A stretch of 64,000 nt of DNA, from positions 36,890-100,889 of the forward strand of contig DASYJM010000033.1 in NCBI GenBank assembly GCA_035996445.1, read 5' to 3'. This document shows positions 46,947 through 56,114 of this stretch, piece after piece. Below the pieces are notes generated by a model. That model was not told the origin of the DNA. It did not search any database and was given only the letters and a program-made list of their open reading frames with translations. The DNA comes from Candidatus Acidiferrum sp. Lineage in GTDB: Bacteria > Acidobacteriota > Terriglobia > Acidiferrales > UBA7541. Every line of letters starts with the position of its first letter. Positions within the stretch are counted from its first letter, which is position 1. Both the position numbers and the translations under genes were made by a program.

Positions 46947-48572
46947 TCAAATGGGGCGAGCGATGTTCGGAAAGTCCAGCCAGACTTTTATTCCGCAAAA
47001 ATGCGCGCCCTCCGTGCAGATGGGCGTAGTCACTCCCGCACGAACATAACAAGGCGGCCCAACGTAGCGTGCTAACTCCGGATGTACTTCACGCAATTGA
47101 TCAAGCTCGTCCATGGAACACTGATAAATCTCTTCCTGGGCATTAAAACAGGTTCGCATCGTCCATTTATGCAGCAGATGCAGCAGCGATCCGGTTTCGA
47201 CCACACGAATCGATTTTGCATTGGGCAAGAGATATAGCGCGAGCTCCAGAGGAACGCCGCGATCGATCAATTGATTCTTGGCTTGCCAGGCGTCCTGCAT
47301 CGCCCGTTCGTAAACCTCGCGTGCTTGTGGATTCTGCGCCAGCAATTTTGGCGTGATGAAATCGGGTTCTCGCGTGTCGGTAAGAGTGAGCAGCGGCCGC
47401 GAGCCGGGAACCATTCTGTGGCGTTGATCCTGACTGTCGGCGGTATGGCTGATTTTCTTGGCAAATGTGTAGTTGATGTGCTGCAACGCACGCATCATGG
47501 GCGCGTGAACGCCAACATTTAATGTTTCGAGGCGGTAGAGATTCCTAGCCGGGTTGAGCAGACGATCGATAGCCTCTGCGTCGGAACATTGCGCTTCAGT
47601 AAGCCCTACTACCGCGCGATACGCTTGCGCAATCACTCTTGGCGCATTGGCGGAATAATCAATCAGCTTGGAAGTTTTGCCGTGAAGATTAAAATCAAAT
47701 TCACGTTCGAAGTCGCCGTCTGCGCCCGCGGTTCGATTACTTGAGGGCGATGTGCCATTGGCGCCGCTATTCTGGCGGTCACTCCATTCCGGAACTTCTT
47801 CAATCGCTTCCGTACCGAAGCGATCGAAGAATTGGGCGTCCACTTCTCGTACATGAGCGACCATGGCGCCGATTATCGCGCGCGCTTCATTGGGCGTATC
47901 GCATGCCGTACTCATCCGCCACAGGCGATGAAGAACGATACCGGATATGGTGTGCACCATGGTGGTAAAGGCCGCCACCGGGAGCACATAACGCGCAATT
48001 TCTATGGCGCGTTTTTCAGCGGACCGCTCGATTTTCTGAGCACGCTTGGGATGGGACATCGGTCCGATGTGCCAGATGCCAGACAAAATTGTGCGGGCAT
48101 TTCCGACCAGCAGCGCCGACAATTCGCGATAGTAATCCCAGGCCCGCGCGATGGCTTGCTCGTAGATCTCCTTGCTGCCTTCGTCAAAAAATAGCGATAA
48201 CGGCGGGACGTAGGCGTGCGCACGATCCAGGCGGACATAGCGCTGGCTTTGCTGCTCAGAGTTGTAAAAAGGGTGGGCGTGAAGAAACGACCACACAAAC
48301 TGGCGGCTGACATTTTCGAGTCCAAATTCAAAATGGGCGTGCTGGTAGACGGTGTGATGGCCGCTGTAAAAGGTGCCTGTGCCGATATTGAGGCGTTGCT
48401 TGTCGGTGATTTCTTCGGGGCCAATTAATTTTGATGCGTAGCAGGTTCGCGCCGCAGCAATGGCGGAATCGTAGGGATGCGCAAAGGAATTTCGCAGGGT
48501 TACGCGCGGCGGCGCGGTCTCTACCAGTTCCCCTGAACGCGCCCCTTCGAACATGCGAGATTGATCGGCCAC
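46947..48572 (-). CDS. thyX: FAD-dependent thymidylate synthase, tandem two-domain form
   Basis: 541 aa with two ThyX-like halves: VSRQ...SEQQSQRY in the first, and QRHR plus LLPNA...MRTCFNAQEEI in the second. Confidence 0.88.
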   Translation of the reverse strand: MADQSRMFEGARSGELVETAPPRVTLRNSFAHPYDSAIAAARTCYASKLIGPEEITDKQRLNIGTGTFYSGHHTVYQHAHFEFGLENVSRQFVWSFLHAHPFYNSEQQSQRYVRLDRAHAYVPPLSLFFDEGSKEIYEQAIARAWDYYRELSALLVGNARTILSGIWHIGPMSHPKRAQKIERSAEKRAIEIARYVLPVAAFTTMVHTISGIVLHRLWRMSTACDTPNEARAIIGAMVAHVREVDAQFFDRFGTEAIEEVPEWSDRQNSGANGTSPSSNRTAGADGDFEREFDFNLHGKTSKLIDYSANAPRVIAQAYRAVVGLTEAQCSDAEAIDRLLNPARNLYRLETLNVGVHAPMMRALQHINYTFAKKISHTADSQDQRHRMVPGSRPLLTLTDTREPDFITPKLLAQNPQAREVYERAMQDAWQAKNQLIDRGVPLELALYLLPNAKSIRVVETGSLLHLLHKWTMRTCFNAQEEIYQCSMDELDQLREVHPELARYVGPPCYVRAGVTTPICTEGAHFCGIKVWLDFPNIARPI

Positions 48573-48673
48573 GATGGAACGTTATTCTACACGGACGGCT
48601 GAGAGCACACGAGCACACTTAACGCGTCATCAAAGCGCGTCATGATAATGTTTGTGGAATAAAGAAGCGGCGG

Positions 48674-48907
48674 TTACTTCTTCGCGGCTCCGGCCTTGGC
48701 AGCAGCGTCGGCATACTTCTTCGTGAATCGCTCGACGCGGCCGGCAGTGTCGATAAGCTTTTGTTTGCCAGTGAAAAAGGGATGGCAACTTGAGCAAATT
48801 TCCACTCTCAGGGTGTCGCCTTTTATGGTCGAACGCGTCGGGAAAGTGTGCCCGCACGCGCAGTGCACGGTAACGGCGTGATAGTCGGGATGAATACCGG
48901 GTTTCAT
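48674..48907 (-). CDS. rpmE: 50S ribosomal protein L31 (Zn-ribbon form)
   Basis: [23 protein letters not shown] and GRVERF. Confidence 0.97.
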   Translation of the reverse strand: MKPGIHPDYHAVTVHCACGHTFPTRSTIKGDTLRVEICSSCHPFFTGKQKLIDTAGRVERFTKKYADAAAKAGAAKK

Positions 48908-49048
48908 GGGTCTCCAATCCATCGCGTCCGGTCTGCACGGCACTGTCGAATCCTGCCGCGTCGCTAGGTCGCGAGGCAATAGTGATTATACGCGAGGTGT
49001 CAAAGGTTTGCTAATTGAGGGGAGCTGACAGATTTCGCGAGCGCCGGT

Positions 49049-50338
49049 TTAGTTGACGAACGTGCAACCGACGCGGAAGCCCAGATTGGTGCGCAGTGTC
49101 CAGACGGGCTTGAGGTTGACGCGCACTGGGGGAAGAATCGGCACGTGCAGAACGGCGAGAATATTTTCTGTCAAGCCCTCAGCAGAATCGAGTTCGAGAG
49201 CTACGCCACCAAAGCCGAGATCCAACACCTTAGCGCGACGGGAGCCTTGTTCTCCGAGCACCGCGTAGGCATTTGTGCCGGTCATGGAGACGCGTTCCGC
49301 CTTACGCGGCGTCGTAAAAGCGCGCGGGGGTCTGCCGACGGAAGATAATTTTGAGCTTTCAGGCTGACCCTGCGAAGTTACCGGGGGCGCTGCTTCCTCT
49401 TGTTTTTCCGGCGTACGCTTAGACTCAATGGAAATCGGAGGTGCGGGAGGGGACGCTGGGCGCTCCGCGGCGGGAGGGGTTACCGGCGCTTGCGTTGGTG
49501 CCGCCTCCGCGGGTCGCGGCGTGGGGGTCTCAGCTGTTCTGCCGCGGTGAGCATGCTTGCGTTGATACAAGCGCTCATCAGCAATGCGTACGAGGCCTTC
49601 GGTATTGTCGGCATCCTGAGGGAAATTCGCAACGCCATAATCCATTCCTACGGTGACATTGAGTTGCAGCGATTTTAGGGTGTCCGCAAATACCGTCTCA
49701 ACACGGCGGCTGAGCGCCAGCGCTTGCGCCGCATCTGTTTGCGGAAGGATCAGTGCGAATTCATCACCGCCGATTCGAAAGGCGAAGTCCGAAGTGCGCA
49801 ACGCTTTCTTTAACGTAGCAGCAGCCAGTCGAAGAACTTCATCGCCTCGCGGGTGGCCATGCTTATCGTTTACTTCCTTGAAACGATGCATGTCCATCAT
49901 GACTAAGCTGAGCGGCTGGTTATAGCGTTTTGCGCGGTTTAATTCTCGTTCAATAAACTCATTGAAGACACGGCGATTGTAGAGTTCCGTCAGCGAATCC
50001 GTAACCGCATTCAAGTTTAATTTTTTTAATTCGTCGTATTCGATGAGCACTGGAACGCGCAGCAGTCCGGCGGTGGAGAGCACATCCATAAGCGCGGTTT
50101 TTAACGAAACGGTGCGGTGGAGCGCTTCGCTCAATTGGCGCCTGCGCGTAATCATCTCTTCCCATATTTGCAGGCACTGGCTCTCGCGGAGGTCGAGATG
50201 CGTGACCGCGCGTAGATAGCGTTGGAGGAATTGTCCGCGAGCAGGCTGGTCTAGGGTCTCGAGCGTATCGGTAAGCAGCTCGAGATAGGAATCTTCTAAA
50301 GACGAACGAGGAGGCGCTGGGACGCCGGGGCTGGGCAT
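49049..50338 (-). CDS. diguanylate cyclase with C-terminal PilZ-like domain
   Basis: Motifs DSLTELYNRR, DMHRFKEVND, I-site RTSD and GGDEF, then a Pro-rich linker, RKAER and DLGFGG. Confidence 0.92.
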   Translation of the reverse strand: MPSPGVPAPPRSSLEDSYLELLTDTLETLDQPARGQFLQRYLRAVTHLDLRESQCLQIWEEMITRRRQLSEALHRTVSLKTALMDVLSTAGLLRVPVLIEYDELKKLNLNAVTDSLTELYNRRVFNEFIERELNRAKRYNQPLSLVMMDMHRFKEVNDKHGHPRGDEVLRLAAATLKKALRTSDFAFRIGGDEFALILPQTDAAQALALSRRVETVFADTLKSLQLNVTVGMDYGVANFPQDADNTEGLVRIADERLYQRKHAHRGRTAETPTPRPAEAAPTQAPVTPPAAERPASPPAPPISIESKRTPEKQEEAAPPVTSQGQPESSKLSSVGRPPRAFTTPRKAERVSMTGTNAYAVLGEQGSRRAKVLDLGFGGVALELDSAEGLTENILAVLHVPILPPVRVNLKPVWTLRTNLGFRVGCTFVN

Positions 50339-50590
50339 ATCGGGTCTAACCTAACCTTTGCCTGTCCCCGCGGGGGTGGGGTGAATCACTGAGGCTGCCC
50401 TTTAAGGGAGCATGCCGAAGTCCATTTGAAGTGGGACTACATCGCGACGCCCGTGCGAGAGAATCAGGAAAGCGTTGCGCTATGCTATTACAAAAGAGCG
50501 GCATACGGCAACTGCAGGTAAAACGTACAAAATGGATATCAGATTAAGACTGTTGCGCGGGACTTAGAATAGGCAGAAAAGTGTACAAAT

Positions 50591-50941
50591 TTACTCAATT
50601 GCCCTGAGGAATTCCAATCCGAACAAACGCATTTCCCCTCTGCTTTCTTGCCGGAGTACGCGGGCGACCATCGGCGGTGTTTCGTTGGGTACGATCCCCG
50701 AAGAGGCCGGCGAAGGAGCGGGAATGGTCAGGTGAACGAGTTGATCCTTGCGGAGCTGATATGCCGAGGTAATGCACGCTCCGGTTGCACTTATGTTTAA
50801 AGTCTTGGTTAGTTCAATAAATTCCGCCCCCGAAGAATCTGTTGCGCGCAAAAATACGGGGACCTGCAGCCGAAGACGAGTTGACCGCCGCGTCGAAGAT
50901 GAGTCCAAGCCTTGGTTTTCCTTGATCAGGTCGAATTCCAC
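50591..50941 (-). CDS. single-domain PilZ protein
   Basis: RRSTR (RxxxR) and NISATG (D/NxSxxG). Confidence 0.85.
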   Translation of the reverse strand: MEFDLIKENQGLDSSSTRRSTRLRLQVPVFLRATDSSGAEFIELTKTLNISATGACITSAYQLRKDQLVHLTIPAPSPASSGIVPNETPPMVARVLRQESRGEMRLFGLEFLRAIE

Positions 50942-50979
50942 TTTCTCTCTCTTAGTACTAGGGACCTAGTACGGATATA

Positions 50980-50995
50980 AGCATCTTTAGTGCCA
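50980..50995 (-). promoter_or_regulatory. sigma-54 (-24/-12) promoter
   Basis: Minus-strand TGGCACTAAAGATGCT with correct GG-N10-GC spacing, about 40 nt upstream of the PilZ start. Confidence 0.65.
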
Positions 50996-51227
50996 CACAA
51001 TCAGGCAGCCACCTATCGCAAGTCATTCATATTAATAGAATTAATATGACTATACCAGACCTGGCCGGAGTCAGGGGGAGTAGTCTTCTCGGGATATCCA
51101 GTTGGTTTCCGATAATGTGCAAATGGAACGCTTTTACCATTGACAGCCCGTAACCCCTTTGCGAGTATGAGCCAGCCAACATAGGAAAATTTTTGCCACT
51201 TAGCGACGCTCGACGGATGGGACTGAA

Positions 51228-52499
51228 ATGTCTGTAGATACAGGTACTTCTTCCATGGCGAATGGCCGCTTGGCCCCCAAGCGACGGCCAATGTCCCCCG
51301 AGCGCTCTTCTGACACACTGCCGGTCAGCCTGGTTCATGGACTTTTGGACGCAGTAAATAGTTCACTCCTGGTAGCGGATCGTGACGGGCGAGTGCTATT
51401 GCTAAACCAGCGAGCGCGTCAATATCTGCTCTCCAAGGGCTTGGATCATCAGGAGGCCCTGCATCTTTTTAAGGATATTTTGAAGATTGGGTCGGGACAT
51501 ATCTTTAAATTGATTGAAAGCGGGGAGCATCGAATGGAGCTCGATGTCGAGCTCGGAGATGTAAAGTCCCGAGCGCTGGTCAAGTGGATGCCTGATCCGG
51601 ATTGGCTTGTGGTGCAGCTGGAAATTCCGACCAAGGAACAAAACGCCGCGGCGTCGGAAGCCGCGACCCAACTTACCGTACAAGAATTGTTGCAGGAACG
51701 CGAAATCACCTACCGCAATTTGCTCGCAGCGTACCTGAAACTTCAAGAAGTGAACCGTCAGAAGACCGTGTTCCTGGCCTCCGCCGCGCACGAACTCAAA
51801 ACGCCCCTGGCGGTGATTAAGGGTTATTACGATTTATTGCTGACCGGTTCGTTGGGGCGGCTGACCGACAAACAGCAGGATATTCTCGAAGAGTCGAAAG
51901 ACAGCTGCGAACGGCTGGTGCGCCTGGTGTCGATGTTCCTTAACTATTCCGCATTGGAGAGCGGAAAATTGGTTTTGCAACTTCGCGAGAACGATTTGCG
52001 CGATTGCCTAGATGAATTAGCAAAGCGTTGGGCGGAAGCATTTCAGCGCAAAGGCGTGAAACTGGATTCGAGTTTCGACCCCTCGATTCCCACTTTTCGA
52101 TTTGATTACCAGAAGGTGCAACAAGCCGCCGCAAACCTGCTGGACAATTCCCTCAAACACACGCCTTCGGGCGGAAGCGTCACGCTCCACGCGGGACCTC
52201 ATTTTTGGGAGCGCCGCGTGGCTGGCGTAGCGCCTACTCAGGAACGCCGCCGTTTCCGGCTTCCTCGCCCCAACAGCGTGGAAGTCAGCGTAACCGATAG
52301 CGGCCCAGGTATCGCTGCGGAGCATCACCAGGAAATTTTTGAGGATTTCGTGAGAGTGGATCGCAACACCTCCGGCATGGGCTTGGGCTTGGCCATCGCC
52401 AAGCGGCTTATTCAGGCGCATCGCGGCAAAATCTGGGTCGAAAGCGAACATCAAAAAGGCAGCACTTTCACATTTTTGTTACCGATGGACCCAAGCTAG
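51228..52499 (+). CDS. cytoplasmic sensor histidine kinase (PAS-like, HisKA, HATPase)
   Basis: Motifs AAHELKTPL, NLLDNSLK, VTDSGPGI and GMGLGLAI. No TM segment. Confidence 0.93.
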   Translation: MSVDTGTSSMANGRLAPKRRPMSPERSSDTLPVSLVHGLLDAVNSSLLVADRDGRVLLLNQRARQYLLSKGLDHQEALHLFKDILKIGSGHIFKLIESGEHRMELDVELGDVKSRALVKWMPDPDWLVVQLEIPTKEQNAAASEAATQLTVQELLQEREITYRNLLAAYLKLQEVNRQKTVFLASAAHELKTPLAVIKGYYDLLLTGSLGRLTDKQQDILEESKDSCERLVRLVSMFLNYSALESGKLVLQLRENDLRDCLDELAKRWAEAFQRKGVKLDSSFDPSIPTFRFDYQKVQQAAANLLDNSLKHTPSGGSVTLHAGPHFWERRVAGVAPTQERRRFRLPRPNSVEVSVTDSGPGIAAEHHQEIFEDFVRVDRNTSGMGLGLAIAKRLIQAHRGKIWVESEHQKGSTFTFLLPMDPS

Positions 52500-52530
52500 G
52501 TAAAAAGGTTTCCGCATCAGAAAGGCAAAT

Positions 52531-54012
52531 ATGTCCGCAAAAGAAGTTAAAGAAAAAATTCTCGTCATCGATGACGAGCCCAGTATTCGAAAGTACCTGC
52601 AGACCCTTCTGGAAGTGGACGGCTTTGAGGTGGAAGCGGTCAGCTCCGGAAGAGAGGGCCTCGAAAAAATTACCGCTGGAGAGAGACCCGACTTCATCAT
52701 TCTCGACGTGCTGATGCCGGAACTTAGTGGTATTGAGACGCTCAAAGAACTGATGCAAATCGACCGCAGCTTGAACGTGATCATGCTGTCGTGCTCGAAC
52801 GAAGTTGGCACGGTGGTCGAGGCCATACGCATCGGAGCGCACGACTACCTGACCAAGCCTTTTGAAAAGACCGAGCTGGATGCAGCGATGCTGAAGTCGC
52901 GCCAGAAAAAACAACTGGTGACGGAAAATCTGGCGCTTCGCGATTACTGCGAACAAATCACCGAAGACATCAGTTTCCTGGCGGCCAGCCCGCAAATGGT
53001 GCGCATTCGTCAACAGATACTGCAGATCGCTCCCGTGGACGTGCCGGTTTTCATTTGCGGGGAAAGCGGAGTCGGCAAAGAAGTAGTGGCGCGTATGATT
53101 CATTTGCGGTCGAAGCGGCGCAGCCAACCTTTTATAAAAGTGAATTGCGCTGCCTTGCCCGGAGAACTGCTGGAATCGGAATTATTCGGTTTCGAGCAGG
53201 GGGCGTTTACAGGCGCGGTGCGGGCCAAGCCCGGCAAATTCGAAATGGCCAATAAAGGAACTATTTTCCTCGACGAAATCGCGGAGATGACCACGCATTT
53301 GCAGGCCAAACTTCTGCATGTCCTGCAAGACCATCAATACTCTCGGCTCGGCGGCCGTCATCTCGTCGAGACCGATGTACGCGTCTTGGCCGCCACTAAC
53401 GTCGACGTTCAGGAAGCAATGAAAACTGGACGGTTCCGGGAAGATCTTTACTACCGCTTGAACGTGCTATCGATAAATGTGCCGCCGCTGCGCGAGCGCA
53501 CTTCGGAAATTCCATTGTTGTTCCGTCATTTTCTTCAGAAGTATAGCGAGAAGTTCGGCAAGACGCCGCAAGGTCCCTCCAAGTATCTGTTGGATGCCGC
53601 GGTGAATTATCCGTGGCCAGGCAATTTGCGCGAACTGGAGAACTTTGTGAAGCGCTACGTCATCCTAGAGGATGACGAGGGTAGCTTGCGCGAACTGATA
53701 GAAATGTCTTCCGCGAGACAGCGTACTTCTCCGCGTGCGGAGCCTGTCGTGCATCGTGAGCCGCAAGGATTAAAGGCTCTTGTGCGTGGCCTGAAGGACG
53801 AAGCGGAGATGGAAGCGATTGCCGATGCGCTAGAGAAAACTCGGTGGTGCCGCAAGGATGCCGCGAAAATGTTAGGCATCAGTTACAAGGCGCTGCTGTA
53901 CAAAATGCGTCAGTTTAATCTGGACACACCGCGGACGAGGCGGGCCAGTGTGCCTGCGGCGGCAGCGGCTGAAGAACCTACGACCGTCGGAATAGGGGGC
54001 CGGAACGAGTAG
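52531..54012 (+). CDS. sigma-54-dependent response regulator (NtrC family)
   Basis: Receiver domain (VIDDE, ILDVLMP), GESGVGKE, GAFTGA, WPGNLREL and Fis-type HTH. Confidence 0.95.
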   Translation: MSAKEVKEKILVIDDEPSIRKYLQTLLEVDGFEVEAVSSGREGLEKITAGERPDFIILDVLMPELSGIETLKELMQIDRSLNVIMLSCSNEVGTVVEAIRIGAHDYLTKPFEKTELDAAMLKSRQKKQLVTENLALRDYCEQITEDISFLAASPQMVRIRQQILQIAPVDVPVFICGESGVGKEVVARMIHLRSKRRSQPFIKVNCAALPGELLESELFGFEQGAFTGAVRAKPGKFEMANKGTIFLDEIAEMTTHLQAKLLHVLQDHQYSRLGGRHLVETDVRVLAATNVDVQEAMKTGRFREDLYYRLNVLSINVPPLRERTSEIPLLFRHFLQKYSEKFGKTPQGPSKYLLDAAVNYPWPGNLRELENFVKRYVILEDDEGSLRELIEMSSARQRTSPRAEPVVHREPQGLKALVRGLKDEAEMEAIADALEKTRWCRKDAAKMLGISYKALLYKMRQFNLDTPRTRRASVPAAAAAEEPTTVGIGGRNE

Positions 54013-54167
54013 GCTCGCCTCCCAGTACGGGCCGTTTATCTTTAGAACAACCATGCCGGCTGTTTGCGGTTACAGCGTGGCAGCTTCGCGCTATTTACAG
54101 TAAGGTCACTCCTAGGGGAGGCGCGAACCACGTCACATTGCCGCCGCGTTTACTGAGGATGCAAGGA

Positions 54168-54521
54168 ATGTCGGAACGCCGCAATGCCCGGAGATACGAT
54201 CTGTCGTTGCCAGTTATGATTCGCATTCCCTCCGAGGCCACTGACCTACGAATGGGTGGCTTGCAGAAGGGCGAGACGCTCGATATTTCCACGCGGGGGA
54301 TGTACTTCGTAATAGAGCAGGATCTGCAAGCGGGCTCAGAACTCGATATTACCCTAACGCTGCCCGCTGAAATCACCCATGGCTCGGAAGTATTTGTGAA
54401 AGCGGCGGGTAAAGTCGTACGTGTTGACCCTCGCTCAGAAGCACGGAATATGCGGCTCGGCGTGGCCGCCGTAATTGAACGCTACGATATTGTTCGTGGC
54501 GAAAACGCCCCTACCAATTAA
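54168..54521 (+). CDS. single-domain PilZ protein
   Basis: ERRNARR and DISTRG. SD AAGGA precedes ATG 54168. Confidence 0.88.
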   Translation: MSERRNARRYDLSLPVMIRIPSEATDLRMGGLQKGETLDISTRGMYFVIEQDLQAGSELDITLTLPAEITHGSEVFVKAAGKVVRVDPRSEARNMRLGVAAVIERYDIVRGENAPTN

Positions 54522-54526
54522 ATTAG

Positions 54527-55741
54527 TTAAGGACAGCCTTGCCGAGTGATCTGCGAGAGCTTAGTGATGGCCTCGCTATTGCCCTTTTTCGCAGCGGCTC
54601 TCAGTAGCACGCGGGCCTGATCGCAGTTCTTCGTCACTCCGCCGCCAATTAAGTACAGTTTTGCCAAAGTTACTTCGGCCGACGTATTTCCTTTGCCCAC
54701 CTCTTGCCAAAGTGCACGGACCTCTTCAGCAGGGCTCAGGTTGCGCGTATTCCTGGGGACGCTATCTTCAGCGGAAGGCCCCGGTCGTTCATCCTTAAAC
54801 GTGGGGTCCGCTTTTGTTGGAGGCGAAACAACTTTTTCGCGATCTTCTTGTGACCGGACGGCTTCCGGTTTGTCAGCACTATTCGTCGTCGCCGACGATT
54901 GTGATGCAGGGTGATCTTCCTTGCTGGGATTTGCTGGTGCCGGTGCCGGTGCCGGCTGCTGGACTTCTTCTGCGGGCTTGGATGTATCGGGAACCTGCGC
55001 TTGGGAAGTTTCCGAAGGTGCAGATATAGTCTGCCCCAGGGAAATCAGGGAGCGGCCAATCGTTTCGCGAAAACTGTATAGCAGGATAGCCAGCAACAGG
55101 AGGCATGCCACCACCGCCGCTACAACGACGCCATTGCCTCGAGTGCGCGTGTCTGCCGCTAGACCGTCAGGATAATTCCATTCACTCGTGATCCATGTGG
55201 ACCTCGGCAACGCCGCGGCGTTAAGTTCACCGGTGGAACCCTGAGCGCCCTGACTTTGCGGCGCTCCATCGTCGAACGATTGGCCAAAATTCATCCCAAA
55301 CTCACGCCTAGGTTGTGTCTGTGCCATCGGTTCGGAGGCCCAACTTTTAGTCGATTCCGCCCTAAAATCGTGATCGAGCTCCAAGGGATTATCACTTCGC
55401 GCTTCAGCCGAGGAGGCCATGCTGGGCGCACTTAGTTCCGCTAGCCATCTTCTAAGCGCATGGAGAAATTGTGTCGATACATCGGTGAACTGCAAACCTG
55501 CCACTTTGCCGTCATCCTTTGTCCATTTAATCTCACCATACCCTTCTAATTTCTCGGTGCCATGAATGACAAAGGAAAACGGAATTCGCCCGGTGGGCCG
55601 AACGGAAGTTACCGCCCGAAACGCAAATCCTTCTTCGGAGACCGTTAGCATCATGCCGCCATTCCGGGACTCCAGCTCGACATAAACCAACTGATCGAGC
55701 TTTATACTTGAAAATTCGGAATGCACAGATTTATCCATCAT
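54527..55741 (-). CDS. PilZ-like domain, TM segment and C-terminal SEL1-like repeat protein
   Basis: N-terminal beta domain with TVSEEG, TM VVVAAVVACLLLLAILLY, and AEVTLAKLYLIGGGVTKNCDQARVLLRAAA. Confidence 0.75.
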   Translation of the reverse strand: MMDKSVHSEFSSIKLDQLVYVELESRNGGMMLTVSEEGFAFRAVTSVRPTGRIPFSFVIHGTEKLEGYGEIKWTKDDGKVAGLQFTDVSTQFLHALRRWLAELSAPSMASSAEARSDNPLELDHDFRAESTKSWASEPMAQTQPRREFGMNFGQSFDDGAPQSQGAQGSTGELNAAALPRSTWITSEWNYPDGLAADTRTRGNGVVVAAVVACLLLLAILLYSFRETIGRSLISLGQTISAPSETSQAQVPDTSKPAEEVQQPAPAPAPANPSKEDHPASQSSATTNSADKPEAVRSQEDREKVVSPPTKADPTFKDERPGPSAEDSVPRNTRNLSPAEEVRALWQEVGKGNTSAEVTLAKLYLIGGGVTKNCDQARVLLRAAAKKGNSEAITKLSQITRQGCP

Positions 55742-56114
55742 TGCTCTACCGCCCGCCTATGAGCTTCAGGACCTCTATGCCAGGGGAGCAAAATAAGGGG
55801 TGCTCTCGATTCGCTCTTTAGGGCAATTAACGGAAGACTTGACTGCAAGCCAAGGAGAGCGATCGACCGGCCCGGGCAGGGTTTACAGTGTGCCATATCT
55901 CACTCCGCGAAGTGTAGCTCGGATTCAGGGACGTCCACAGGGGCTAATTACGGTGGAAAACTGTTCTTTTATGGAGCGAAGATTTTCCTTTTCATGCGCT
56001 GGCCAGAGCCAGGAGCTAATTACCGGTACCAATGCTTTATTCTGAGTTGTAAGCTATGCCACAATTTATCAATGACTTACGAATTGGCCCTGCCTTTCCA
56101 AAGTTGTCCTAACG

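Noticed and set aside
48674-48907. Zinc-sparing L31 paralogue linked to the metal locus
   Set aside because: All four cysteines are present, so this is the ordinary Zn-binding form.
54077-54092. sigma-54 promoter TGGCAGCTTCGCGCT before the second PilZ gene
   Set aside because: GG-to-GC spacing is off by one base.
55746-55753. ops (RfaH) element GGCGGTAG on the minus strand
   Set aside because: It lacks the following nnTG and sits 4 nt from a start codon, so it is more simply a ribosome-binding region.
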